Part shown: positions 29,126-37,566 of the stretch, piece by piece | Numbering within the stretch: the stretch's first letter is position 1 | How the letters are laid out: every line of letters starts with the position of its first letter | Program-made: the position numbers and the translations under genes | Origin: Bryobacteraceae bacterium | Lineage (GTDB): Bacteria; Acidobacteriota; Terriglobia; Bryobacterales; Bryobacteraceae | Direction of reading: 5' to 3' | DNA: 64,000 nt | NCBI GenBank assembly: GCA_035495815.1 | Contig: DATJFH010000011.1 | Coordinates: forward strand, 30,441 to 94,440 | Notes under the pieces: model-generated | What the model was told of the DNA's origin: nothing | The model's input: the letters and a program-made list of their open reading frames with translations, nothing else | The model's database searches: none

Positions 29126-30025
29126 ATGACAGGACCGCTGGTCGAATGCGTGCCCAATTTCTCGGAAGGGCGCGACAGACAGAAGGTGGACGCCATCGCG
29201 GAGTCCATCGCATCGGCCGGCGGCGTTTCGGTTCTGGACGTGACGCTCGATCCCGACCACAATCGCTCGGTGATCACTTTCGCGGGCCAGCCCGAAGCGG
29301 CCGTGGAGGCTGCCATACGGGCGGCTGCCCGCGCGGTGGAAGCAATCGATCTGACGCGGCAGTCCGGCGTGCATCCGCGCATCGGCGCGGCCGACGTGGT
29401 CCCTTTCATTCCCGCGCGAGATATCTCGCTGCAAGCCTGCGCGGGCCTGGCCACGATGGCGGGCGAGCAGATCTGGCGGCGGCTGGGCGTGCCGGTGTAC
29501 CTCTACGAAGCAGCCGCGCGGCGGCCGGAGAGAGTCAATCTGGAGAACGTCCGGCGGGGCGGATTCGAAGGGTTGCGCGAGGCGGTCCGTACCGATCCTT
29601 CCCGGCTCCCCGATTTCGGCGAAGCGGAGCTGCACCCGACTGCCGGCGCCGTGGCGGTGGGGGCGCGAAAGTTCCTGATCGCCTTCAACATCAACCTGCG
29701 AACTCCCGACGTGCGGATCGCCCGCGCCATAGCCGGCCAGATTCGGACGTCCTCCGGCGGACTGCCCTTCGTGAAGGCGATGGGGGTCAGCCTCGCCTCC
29801 CGCAATCTGGCGCAGGTAAGCATGAATCTGACCGACTTCGAGCGGACGCCGGTCCACCAGGTGTTCACGGAAGTGCGCGACCGGGCGGCGTCACAAGGCG
29901 TCGGGATCGCCGGCTGCGAATTGATCGGCCTGATTCCCGAGAAGGCGCTGGAGCGTTCCGGGGAGTGGCTGCCGCTGGTCGAAGACTTTCATCCGGACCG
30001 GATCTTCGAGAACCGGATAAGATGA
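29126..30025 (+). CDS. Glutamate formimidoyltransferase-like protein (FtcD N-terminal formiminotransferase domain only)
   Basis: Embedded in a long spurious ORF (28631..30025). Start at ATG 29126 'MTGPLVECVPNFSEGRD', the canonical formiminotransferase N-terminus. About 300 aa, no cyclodeaminase domain. Confidence 0.65.
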   Translation: MTGPLVECVPNFSEGRDRQKVDAIAESIASAGGVSVLDVTLDPDHNRSVITFAGQPEAAVEAAIRAAARAVEAIDLTRQSGVHPRIGAADVVPFIPARDISLQACAGLATMAGEQIWRRLGVPVYLYEAAARRPERVNLENVRRGGFEGLREAVRTDPSRLPDFGEAELHPTAGAVAVGARKFLIAFNINLRTPDVRIARAIAGQIRTSSGGLPFVKAMGVSLASRNLAQVSMNLTDFERTPVHQVFTEVRDRAASQGVGIAGCELIGLIPEKALERSGEWLPLVEDFHPDRIFENRIR

Positions 30026-30915
30026 AAGCAGACGTGCTGGTTTCCATTACACCCAAGCCGCAGCGCCCGGAGTGGCTTCGCGCGCCTGCTCCGGCAGGCG
30101 AGAACTATCGACAGCTGAAGTCCCTGATCGACCGCCTGGAGCTGCACACGGTCTGCGAGAGCGCGGCCTGCCCCAACGTAGGCGAGTGCTGGAATCAACG
30201 GACCGCCACCTTCATGATCCTCGGCAACGTCTGCACGCGGCGCTGTGGATTCTGCGCGGTCCAGAAAGGAGCGCCGCTCGAAGTGGATTACGACGAGCCT
30301 CGCCGGGTGGCCGAAGCGGTCGCAGCCATGGGGCTGCGCTTCGCCGTCATCACCAGCGTGAACCGGGACGACCGCAAGGACGGCGGCGCCGAGCTGTTCG
30401 CGCTCACCATCCAGGCCATCCGCCGGCGCGTACCCGGATGCGGCGTCGAGACGCTGGTGCCGGATTTTCAAGGCTCCCTGGCCGCCATGGCGACGGTGAT
30501 GGAGGCGGCGCCGGACGTGCTCAACCACAACACGGAAACGGCGCCGCGCCTCTACCGCCAGGTGCGCCTGGGCGCGCGCTACGAGCGGTCGCTCGAAATA
30601 CTGGCCTACGCCAAGCAGATCTCCCCCGGAACGCCAACCAAATCGGGCATGATGCTGGGACTGGGGGAAACGGCGGACGAGACGCTGGCGGTGATGCGCG
30701 ACCTGCGCGCAAATGGCGTCGATATCCTGACTCTTGGCCAGTACCTGCGTCCCTCGCCGAAGCACCTGCCGATCGTGCGCTACGTTCCTCCGGCCGAGTT
30801 CGCCGAATTTCGGCGCGCGGGCCTGACCATGGGGTTCAAGCACGTGGAAGCGGGCCCGCTGGTGCGCAGCTCGTATCATGCCTCGGAATCGGTTCAGCAC
30901 CGGGCGCTTTGCTAA
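30022..30915 (+). CDS. lipA: Lipoyl synthase
   Basis: Embedded at the end of a 1341-aa spurious ORF. Start ATG 30022 overlaps the upstream stop (ATGA). Two Cys clusters 'CESAACPNVGEC' and radical-SAM 'CTRRCGFC'. Confidence 0.9.
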   Translation: MKADVLVSITPKPQRPEWLRAPAPAGENYRQLKSLIDRLELHTVCESAACPNVGECWNQRTATFMILGNVCTRRCGFCAVQKGAPLEVDYDEPRRVAEAVAAMGLRFAVITSVNRDDRKDGGAELFALTIQAIRRRVPGCGVETLVPDFQGSLAAMATVMEAAPDVLNHNTETAPRLYRQVRLGARYERSLEILAYAKQISPGTPTKSGMMLGLGETADETLAVMRDLRANGVDILTLGQYLRPSPKHLPIVRYVPPAEFAEFRRAGLTMGFKHVEAGPLVRSSYHASESVQHRALC

Positions 30916-30927
30916 AATGAGTCACTC

Positions 30928-31344
30928 TTGAAATCGGAAAAACCAGCATTGTCGCTGCAGCAGATGCGCGACAGGGTCCGAGGAATGGCCTTCAACCAGC
31001 TTGTGGGGATCCGCCTTGTGCGCGTCCACCAGGACGGCGTCACGATCGATTGCAAGCTGCGGCCGGAATTGATGAACGCGCACGGCGTCCTGCACGGAGG
31101 CGTCACGGCGACAATGGCCGACGCGGCCGTGGGCATTGCGATCACGACGCGGCTGGGCCGTCCGGCGGCTACCACGGTAGAGATGAAGCTGAACTACATG
31201 CGTCCGGTGACGTCGGGAAAGATCACGGCGCGGGCCAGGATTCTGCGAATGGGATCGACTCTATGCGTGGGCCGGGTGGATCTTTTCGACGACGAACGGC
31301 AGCAGGTGGCCGCGGCGTTAGTGACGTACATGCTGCTCAAGTGA
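30928..31344 (+). CDS. PaaI/4HBT-family hotdog thioesterase
   Basis: 138 aa; 'NAHGVLHGGVTATMADAAVG' hotdog-fold thioesterase motif. Confidence 0.75.
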   Translation: MKSEKPALSLQQMRDRVRGMAFNQLVGIRLVRVHQDGVTIDCKLRPELMNAHGVLHGGVTATMADAAVGIAITTRLGRPAATTVEMKLNYMRPVTSGKITARARILRMGSTLCVGRVDLFDDERQQVAAALVTYMLLK

Positions 31345-31439
31345 GGGTTCCGCGAAGCGGCCGGCAGGTTGGTTGACGGCAGCAATTCGAGGCCGGCAGA
31401 CGGCGTTTCCGCCTGCCGGCCCCCGACCCGCCCCGGCTC

Positions 31440-32561
31440 TTACACCTTGGGCCGCAGCGTTACCGTGCGCTCGAGCAGCGTGTCCAGTCCGCCGACGATG
31501 GAGATTTTCCCCACCTTGTCGGCGATCTTTTCCAGCGTCTCGAGTTCCTTCAGCCGCACCAGCAGAGGGTTGTCCTCCATCAGCTTGGCCGTGTTGAGCA
31601 GCGACCGCGTGGCCGCCGTCTCCTCGCGCCGGCGGATCAGGTTGGCCTGCGCCTGCTTCTCCGCCGTCACTACCTGGTTGAGGATGTCGCGGATGTCTCC
31701 GGGGAGGATGATGTCCTTGAGCGCGATGGCACCCATGCGAACACCATAGCCTTCCATTTCGCGGCGCACTTCGGCCGACACCGTTTCATCGATGTCCGCC
31801 TTTTCCGCGAGTACCTCTTCCAGCGTGCGCTTGCCCAGGGTCTGGCGAACCGCGATCTGCAGCGTACGGTACAGGTGCTCGTTCACATCCTTCACGCCGG
31901 AACGAGCCGTGACAATGTTCACGATTTCGTATACCGCCGAGATGTTGACCCGGACGGTCACCTTATCCTTGGTCAGGATCTCCTGACCGGACACCTCCAC
32001 CGTCTGCCGCCGCACCTCGATCACATCGATACGGGGCGCACTGACCACGTTCCAGAAGCCGTACGTTCCGGCGTCCAACTCGCGCGCCAGACGCCCGTCG
32101 AGGTACACGAGGCCGCGCTTCCCTTCGTCCACCGCGGCGAAGGTGACACCCGCTTCCCGCCCCAGGCGGACCAAAGCGGGTACGAGCCGCTCGGGAACTT
32201 CGGGCTCGTCGCGCACATCGATCAGGTCGAAGGACACGTTCACGGCCCCGCGCCAGTAGAGGACGCGGGTTCCGGGCTTCACCACGCGAGCGAGCTTGCC
32301 ATCCAGGTACACGACGGCAACCTGCGAGTCCGACGTGTCGATCACGGTGAAGTACCGCGCCGCCAGCTCAGACTGCTCGCGCAGAATGTAGTCCGCCCAG
32401 ACGCTGGTGAACACCAGGTCCTTGGTGTTGAAAGTCTCCCGCTCGATGCGGCGGCCCAGCGTGAACATCCAGTACTCGCCGGGTCCCAGAATGTCTTCGA
32501 ACCGCTTTTTGCGGATCAGTAAAACCCGCTCGTTGTCTCCAACCAATACACGCCGTACCAT
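31440..32561 (-). CDS. SPFH/band-7 domain protein with duplicated N-terminal beta segment, no TM helix
   Basis: 373 aa; band-7 core '...TKDKVTVRVNISAVYEIV...' and coiled-coil tail. N-terminal 150 aa contain an internal repeat (VYLDGKLARVV.../VYLDGRLAREL...). AGGAGG RBS 7 nt upstream. Confidence 0.65.
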   Translation of the reverse strand: MVRRVLVGDNERVLLIRKKRFEDILGPGEYWMFTLGRRIERETFNTKDLVFTSVWADYILREQSELAARYFTVIDTSDSQVAVVYLDGKLARVVKPGTRVLYWRGAVNVSFDLIDVRDEPEVPERLVPALVRLGREAGVTFAAVDEGKRGLVYLDGRLARELDAGTYGFWNVVSAPRIDVIEVRRQTVEVSGQEILTKDKVTVRVNISAVYEIVNIVTARSGVKDVNEHLYRTLQIAVRQTLGKRTLEEVLAEKADIDETVSAEVRREMEGYGVRMGAIALKDIILPGDIRDILNQVVTAEKQAQANLIRRREETAATRSLLNTAKLMEDNPLLVRLKELETLEKIADKVGKISIVGGLDTLLERTVTLRPKV

Positions 32562-32824
32562 AAACGTTTCCTCCTTTCCTGGCGTTGAAACAAATGCAAA
32601 AGTGTCGAGTTCCCCGGACTCCGCCCCCGGCGGTTTTGCGGGCCAATCCCATAGCTCACCGCCGCCGCGCGGAACCCTTCATTTCGCGGCTTGCGGACGG
32701 CAGTTTCAGGAGAAGCGCAGAGCTCGGCCGGCGGTGTCCGTCGAGGAAGCGATGGCCGAAACCACCGGCGTCCTTTGGGACTGGAGCGAAGCCCGGGTCA
32801 CCCGTTGAATGCCTTAGCAGGCAG

Positions 32825-32901
32825 TGGTGTGGATAGCGGGAGTCGAACCCGCTGCCGACAGCTTGTCAGGCTGTTGCTCTAACCAGTTGAGCTATATCCT
32901 T
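32825..32901 (-). tRNA. tRNA-Val (anticodon GAC) with encoded CCA; acceptor stem base pairs 1:72 and 2:71 mismatched as read
   Basis: Hand-folded: T-arm GCGGG-UUCGACU-CCCGC, anticodon arm ACAGC-CUGACAA-GCUGU (GAC), D-arm GCUC-AACUGGUUA-GAGC, U8 A9. Acceptor 5' AAGGAUA vs 3' UAUCCAC gives A1.C72 and A2.A71 mismatches. Coordinates approximate (+/-2). Confidence 0.6.
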
Positions 32902-33019
32902 TTGGCAGCCAAAGGCGCCGATCATCGCCGGCATACAGTGCTTCAGGGAAGCTGCACCAGCGAGGTGTTTCGATCCTCGACTATAGGCGATCATCGTCGT
33001 GATTTCCTCCAGCTTTTGG

Positions 33020-33048
33020 ATAATAACCCACAATTAGGTGGTGGTCAA
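33020..33048 (-). promoter_or_regulatory. Candidate sigma70-like promoter (TTGACC-17-TATTAT) upstream of tRNA-Val, in an unusually AT-rich 60-bp patch
   Basis: Minus-strand reading: ...ctaTTGACCaccacctaattgtgggtTATTATccaaaagc. Would give a leader of about 110 nt before the tRNA. The patch (33011-33070) is about 30% GC in a ~67% GC background. Confidence 0.3.
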
Positions 33049-33101
33049 TAGGAATCAGATTAATATTCGGTTAACGGACACTGGGCCGCACGGGAGATCG
33101 C

Positions 33102-33788
33102 ATGGATGATAATGGCAGCATGACGCCTGCTCAGGAAACAGCCCCGAAACCTATCGACACGGTCGCCGATGGAGGACAGTCGCAAGCCTTCATTCCCTAT
33201 CCGCCGATCGGCAAGAGCCTGGAGCACGTTCCGATTCACGTGCGACCAGACGTGTTTTACTATCAGGCTCGCATGGGATTCCTGCCCAACGCGATCAAGC
33301 TGTACCTACACGTGCCGTGGATCGGGGAGCACCTGTTCCGGCTGAACAACGGCATCATGCGGGACGAGCGCAATTCCCTCGGAGAGCACCTCAAGTACAG
33401 GCTGGCGCTGGTGGCCAGCCAAGTGAACGGATGCGCCTATTGCACGTCTCATCATGCCTGCACGCTGACGAGGCGCTGGGGGTACGAAGACCAGCAGTTA
33501 GCGGAGACGCTCGATCCGAACGGTCCCCGGGATGAGCGGGAGGCCGTAGCCATGGAGTTCGTGCGCGCGGCCAGCGTGGATGCAGCCGCGGTCACGGACG
33601 AACTGCGGGCAAAACTGGCGAGCCATTTCACGCCGCAGGAAGTGATGGAAATCGTGCTGGTGATCGGCTTCTGGAAGATGTACAACGTGATGCATAATGC
33701 CATGGACCTGCCGATCGAGGATCCGGTGGCCTCCTACACGGACTGGGTGAATTACGGCAAGCAGCCCGGACAGGCACTGCAACCATGA
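33102..33788 (+). CDS. Carboxymuconolactone decarboxylase (AhpD-like) family protein
   Basis: 228 aa; 'NGCAYCTSHHA' matches the AhpD/CMD CxxC-containing active-site helix. Confidence 0.65.
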   Translation: MDDNGSMTPAQETAPKPIDTVADGGQSQAFIPYPPIGKSLEHVPIHVRPDVFYYQARMGFLPNAIKLYLHVPWIGEHLFRLNNGIMRDERNSLGEHLKYRLALVASQVNGCAYCTSHHACTLTRRWGYEDQQLAETLDPNGPRDEREAVAMEFVRAASVDAAAVTDELRAKLASHFTPQEVMEIVLVIGFWKMYNVMHNAMDLPIEDPVASYTDWVNYGKQPGQALQP

Positions 33789-33841
33789 ACGGCCGGTGCG
33801 GCTGAAAAACCCGCGCCGGGCTGCGCGAAAACACGAGTGCG

Positions 33842-34723
33842 CTACAGGGTCATGCGATCCATTCGGACCACCCGGCCGCGTGTGCCGTCCGAAGATTTTT
33901 CGTCGAGGGTTGCCGAGACCGTGGTCTCTTTGCGATCGCGCATGAGGGTGACCGGGAATGCCTTGCCCGGGGTCACGGAACGCAGCGCGTTGGCAATGTC
34001 TTTCGGGTTGGCTACCTTTTTATCCCCGACTTTTGTGATGACATCGCCGGCTTTCAGGCCAGCCTTTTCGGCGGCTGTCCCCTTGATTACGGAGCGCACC
34101 AGCACGCCCTCTTTGACCCCGAAGAACTCCGCTAATTGAGAATTGAGCGATTCGCTCTCCACTCCGAGCGACCGGCTCTGCCAGGACATGACGGCGCGGG
34201 GCACATCCGGCATGTGAAACTCGGGCATCTTGAAGCGAAAGTCATCGCCGCCGAGAAACATCGTATTTGAAGGCCGCGAGCCGATTGCCGCGGTCAGCGT
34301 CTGAGTCGCCCCGCCGCGGGAAATGAGCAGCTTGACGGAACGCCCGACCGGGGTCTCGCGCACGAAGCGCACGAACTGCTCGGTCCCTTCGACGCGCTGT
34401 CCGTTATATTCGAGCACGACGTCGCCCACCTTGACGCCGGCCTTGGCCGCCGGACTGTCCTCGTCCACGTTTTTGACCTCGACGCCACGCTCCTCTTTGA
34501 GGTTGAGCGCCTTTGCTCTCTCGGAGTCGATCTCGCTCACTCCCACGCCCAGAAAGCTGGAGCCGGCGGCCTGAATCATCACGCGGGGATTCTTGACGCG
34601 GGTGGGAGCGGGCGGAGCCGGAGGGACGGGCTGGGCCGGAGGCGTTGGCGGAACGGGCTGCGCGAAAGAGGCCAGGTTTCCAGAAAGCAACAATGTGAGT
34701 AAAACCAATGTCATTCGATGCAT
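33842..34723 (-). CDS. Secreted tandem-PDZ-domain protein (no protease domain)
   Basis: 293 aa; signal peptide then Pro-rich linker 'PVPPTPPAQPVPPAPPAP'. Two PDZ domains ('GVEVKNVDEDSPAAKAGVKVGDVVLEYNG', 'GVLVRSVIKGTAAEKAGLKAGDVITKVGD'). Last gene of the sigma operon. Confidence 0.75.
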   Translation of the reverse strand: MHRMTLVLLTLLLSGNLASFAQPVPPTPPAQPVPPAPPAPTRVKNPRVMIQAAGSSFLGVGVSEIDSERAKALNLKEERGVEVKNVDEDSPAAKAGVKVGDVVLEYNGQRVEGTEQFVRFVRETPVGRSVKLLISRGGATQTLTAAIGSRPSNTMFLGGDDFRFKMPEFHMPDVPRAVMSWQSRSLGVESESLNSQLAEFFGVKEGVLVRSVIKGTAAEKAGLKAGDVITKVGDKKVANPKDIANALRSVTPGKAFPVTLMRDRKETTVSATLDEKSSDGTRGRVVRMDRMTL

Positions 34724-34741
34724 TTTTTTAATATTCCTTTT

Positions 34742-35911
34742 CTATTTCTGGCGACGGATATAGATCACGCCTCCCGAACTCGAGAGCCGGAACAAGGGGC
34801 CGCCTCCGTTGATGGCGCCTTCGGCCACCGCTACCGGCCCACTGACCTTCGTCTTCACGTCCGGGAACTCGGAGACGATCCGCTTGGAGTCTCCCGAGTC
34901 GGTTCGCGCCAGAATTCTGATCCCTAAATTGGACGGGACAAAAATGATAATGTCACCCAGGCCGGTGGCCAACATGGAATCTTCCGGCGAGCCGCCGGCC
35001 AGCAACTCGGCGATAACGTTGCCGACGGCGGTGGTGGCGCGCAGGGTACCCGAAGCGTTAAGGAGGCGAATGCCGCCGCCGCCGGTCTCGCACTGAACTC
35101 CACCGGGGGCTCCCACCTGGATGGCGCCGCTCGAGCTTTCGGCCACGACCATGCCGCGCGCGGAACCGATCTCGATCGCGCCGCCGGCCGTGTTGACCGA
35201 TACGGCGCCGCCCGCCCGGGTGACGCGGATGCCGCCGCCCGCGGTCGTGGCGCGCAAGCCACCGCCGACCTCGCCGGCCGTGATGTCGCCGCCCGCGGTT
35301 TCGAGCGTGGCGTCGCCCCGAATGGTTTCGGCCCGGATCGGACCGCCGGCGGTTGCGCACTGCACCGGACCGCCCATCGAGCCGAGCGTGATCTCGCCGC
35401 CGGCGGTTCTGGCGGTCACCGGTCCCGCGATCCGGTCGAGCTTGATCCCGCCCCCGCCGCTCTGCACCTGCACCGAGCCGTTCAGATCGGACGCATCCAC
35501 CTTCCCGCCGTGTGTTTCCAGCATCACGAGCGGCGTCCCGCGGGGCGCGGTGACGTGGAGTTCGGCCGCTCTCCAGCCTTCGCCTCCATGGGCCACCGCC
35601 AGAAGGAGCATGTCACCCTGGCGGACGGCGTTCACCTGGAACTGACGCAGCAGCAGACGCGCTTGCGATTCGCTGCGCGCCTTGACGCGCTTGGTGACGG
35701 TGTATTGAACGCGGCCCTCGGGGCCGCCGCGCACCGTGACCGCGCCGCGGGTAGAGACTTTCAACCGGCCGCTGGACGACAGATTCTCCGCGCCGGTGAC
35801 GGTCTGGACCCAGAACGCTCCGTCGCGCGCGAGCCTGGCTTCTTCACCGGCCAAGAGAGGCGCGGCCAGCAGCCATCCCAGATTCAGAACGAGAAATTTC
35901 CGGTCCATCAA
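34742..35911 (-). CDS. DUF4097 'putative adhesin' beta-helix repeat protein (LiaG/YvlB-like), secreted
   Basis: 389 aa; signal peptide. More than 10 repeats of the G-G-x-I/V...T/S-x-G-G pattern ('TAGGEITLGSMGGPVQCATAGGPIRAETIRGDATLETAGGDITAGEVGGGLRATTAGGGIRVTRAGGAVSVNTAGGAIEIGSARG...'). 4-nt overlap with the upstream anti-sigma gene. Confidence 0.7.
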   Translation of the reverse strand: MMDRKFLVLNLGWLLAAPLLAGEEARLARDGAFWVQTVTGAENLSSSGRLKVSTRGAVTVRGGPEGRVQYTVTKRVKARSESQARLLLRQFQVNAVRQGDMLLLAVAHGGEGWRAAELHVTAPRGTPLVMLETHGGKVDASDLNGSVQVQSGGGGIKLDRIAGPVTARTAGGEITLGSMGGPVQCATAGGPIRAETIRGDATLETAGGDITAGEVGGGLRATTAGGGIRVTRAGGAVSVNTAGGAIEIGSARGMVVAESSSGAIQVGAPGGVQCETGGGGIRLLNASGTLRATTAVGNVIAELLAGGSPEDSMLATGLGDIIIFVPSNLGIRILARTDSGDSKRIVSEFPDVKTKVSGPVAVAEGAINGGGPLFRLSSSGGVIYIRRQK

Positions 35912-36810
35912 AAGGTTCCCACCGAGGCGTTCATTTCCTCGAGCGCTTTCTGGCAGCGCTGCCGGACGTAGTTGTTGCTCTCTTTTGTCACCAGTTGCTG
36001 GAACATGCCTACGAGGTCCGCATCCTGCTGCTGGGTGAGGATGTCGATAGCCTGAATCCGCAGCCCGGGGTTCTGATCGTTCTGCAGCACGTAGGAGAGA
36101 GTCCGCCGGACCTCCGGCTGCGAACCCATGCCATGCAGCGCCTCCATGGCCTTGAAGCGGACACCCGGGTTGGGATCGTTTCTCAAGGCCCCCAGCAGGA
36201 CGTCGCGCACTTCCGTCGAAGAGGCGCGATCCTTCAACAGTTCCATGGACTCCACGCGCAGGCCGGCGTTGCTTTCATCCCGGACGGCGGCGAGAATGAG
36301 CCGCTCGATATTGCCGTCGCTCAAATTGCCGGTGACCATGCGCCGGCGCGTCTCATCGAGCGCGATCTGCACGCGTCCGGAGGGGTCCGGCTGCACCGAA
36401 CGGATGGTGGACAGGATGGGTTCTCCGGTGACCGAGGCCAGGTTGGCGCCTCCGGCTTCGCGCGGGGTCAACCGGGCGGCGAAGAAGCCCATGGCCACCA
36501 GCGCCAGCGCGCCGGCGGGACGGGCGCCCATGCCGAGAGAATTCCAGAAGGCGGAGAATACCTGCCCGAATGTGGGTTTCGATACCGGCGGCTTGGGCCG
36601 GAACAGGTCGCGGCGGCACTCCGCCAGCAACTGCAAGGGCGGCTGCATCCGGAAGCGGTCCAGGTTCTGGTGCAGCGATTTTTCCCGGTCGAGGTTGGCG
36701 CGGCACGGAGCGCAGCCGTGGATGTGCTGCTCGAAATCGTCCTCTTCCCGCGCAGCCAGCTCGCCGTACAGATAGAGGGGCGACAGCTCTTTCACGGAGT
36801 CACAGTTCAT
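35908..36810 (-). CDS. Membrane anti-sigma factor, ZAS-type zinc finger N-terminus, periplasmic HEAT-repeat C-terminus
   Basis: ORF track 35908..37185. A sensible start is ATG 36810 (MNCDSVKEL...), overlapping the sigma-gene stop (ATGA). 'HIHGCAPCRANL' = HxxxCxxC zinc-binding anti-sigma motif. One TM ('GALALVAMGFFAA'). C-terminal repeats 'LGALRNDPNPGVRFKAMEAL...VLQNDQNPGLRIQAIDIL' (HEAT/PBS-lyase-like). Confidence 0.75.
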   Translation of the reverse strand: MNCDSVKELSPLYLYGELAAREEDDFEQHIHGCAPCRANLDREKSLHQNLDRFRMQPPLQLLAECRRDLFRPKPPVSKPTFGQVFSAFWNSLGMGARPAGALALVAMGFFAARLTPREAGGANLASVTGEPILSTIRSVQPDPSGRVQIALDETRRRMVTGNLSDGNIERLILAAVRDESNAGLRVESMELLKDRASSTEVRDVLLGALRNDPNPGVRFKAMEALHGMGSQPEVRRTLSYVLQNDQNPGLRIQAIDILTQQQDADLVGMFQQLVTKESNNYVRQRCQKALEEMNASVGTF

Positions 36811-37424
36811 GCAAAATCTCCCAATCCGGCGCGCATTTTCTGCGTCGCGCGGAAAAGACAATTCTTGGCGGCTTCTTCCGTCGTATCCAGTATTTCTCCG
36901 ATCGTCCGGAGTCGCATACCCTGGTAATGCCGCAGTTCGAAAACCATCCGCTCCCGCGGCGTCAACTCCTCCAGCGCAGCCAGGATCCGCGCGTTGAGCT
37001 GCCGGTTCCACAGGCTCCTCTCCGGATCGCCGGCGGGACGGTTTTCCTCGAGCGCGTAAGTGCGGTCGATGGCGCCGTCGGAAGTCTCGACGACGGCGGA
37101 TTCCTCTTTCCGGATCTTCCGCTTGCGCAGGTGATCCAGGCAGATGTTGGTCACGATCCGGTACAGCCAGGTGTAGAAGCTGCAATCGAACCGGAACAAA
37201 TGGATATTCTTGTAAACCCGCAAGAAGGCTTCCTGATAGGCGTCCCGGGCGTCTTCCGGAGAGCGCAACAGGTTCATGGCCAGGCCGAGCACACTCTGGT
37301 CGTAGGAGCGGACCAGCGCCTCGAAGGCGGACTGATCCCCCTGCTGCACCGCCCGAATTAGTTCGGCTTCTTCGACTTTCGGGGCCAATCTAGCGCTTAC
37401 CACCGCGGCCGCGGGTTGGGCCAT
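36807..37424 (-). CDS. ECF-family RNA polymerase sigma-70 factor
   Basis: 205 aa; region 2 'YQEAFLRVYKNIHLFRFDCSFYTWLYRIVTNICLDHLRKR', region 4 'LTPRERMVFELRHYQGMRLRTIGEILDTTEEAAKNCLFRA'. Confidence 0.85.
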   Translation of the reverse strand: MAQPAAAVVSARLAPKVEEAELIRAVQQGDQSAFEALVRSYDQSVLGLAMNLLRSPEDARDAYQEAFLRVYKNIHLFRFDCSFYTWLYRIVTNICLDHLRKRKIRKEESAVVETSDGAIDRTYALEENRPAGDPERSLWNRQLNARILAALEELTPRERMVFELRHYQGMRLRTIGEILDTTEEAAKNCLFRATQKMRAGLGDFA

Positions 37425-37566
37425 ATGTCTTACAACAGGTTGGACGCATGAGCCGCCGAAACGTTTGAGTCCGGCTTGACATGGAGTTGCGGACGCACCA
37501 CCGGGCGTCGGGAGGAGGAGTCCCGGCGGGTACGCAACCAGCTGGCGCAGGCGCCGCCGCGGGCTC

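Noticed and set aside
26890-30915. 1341-aa ORF in the six-frame track
   Set aside because: Composite read-through of antisense/out-of-frame sequence typical of high-GC DNA. Only its last 298 codons (lipA, from ATG 30022) look like coding sequence by motif content, and its 5' part is antisense to the FAD oxidoreductase and aldo/keto reductase genes.
37425-37566. ECF-type autoregulatory promoter (GGAAC-N16-CGTT) upstream of the sigma gene
   Set aside because: GGAAC and AACGTTT elements exist but at incompatible spacing (about 100 nt apart, or 10 nt between a TCAAGC and CGTTT). No convincing -35/-10 pair could be defined by eye.
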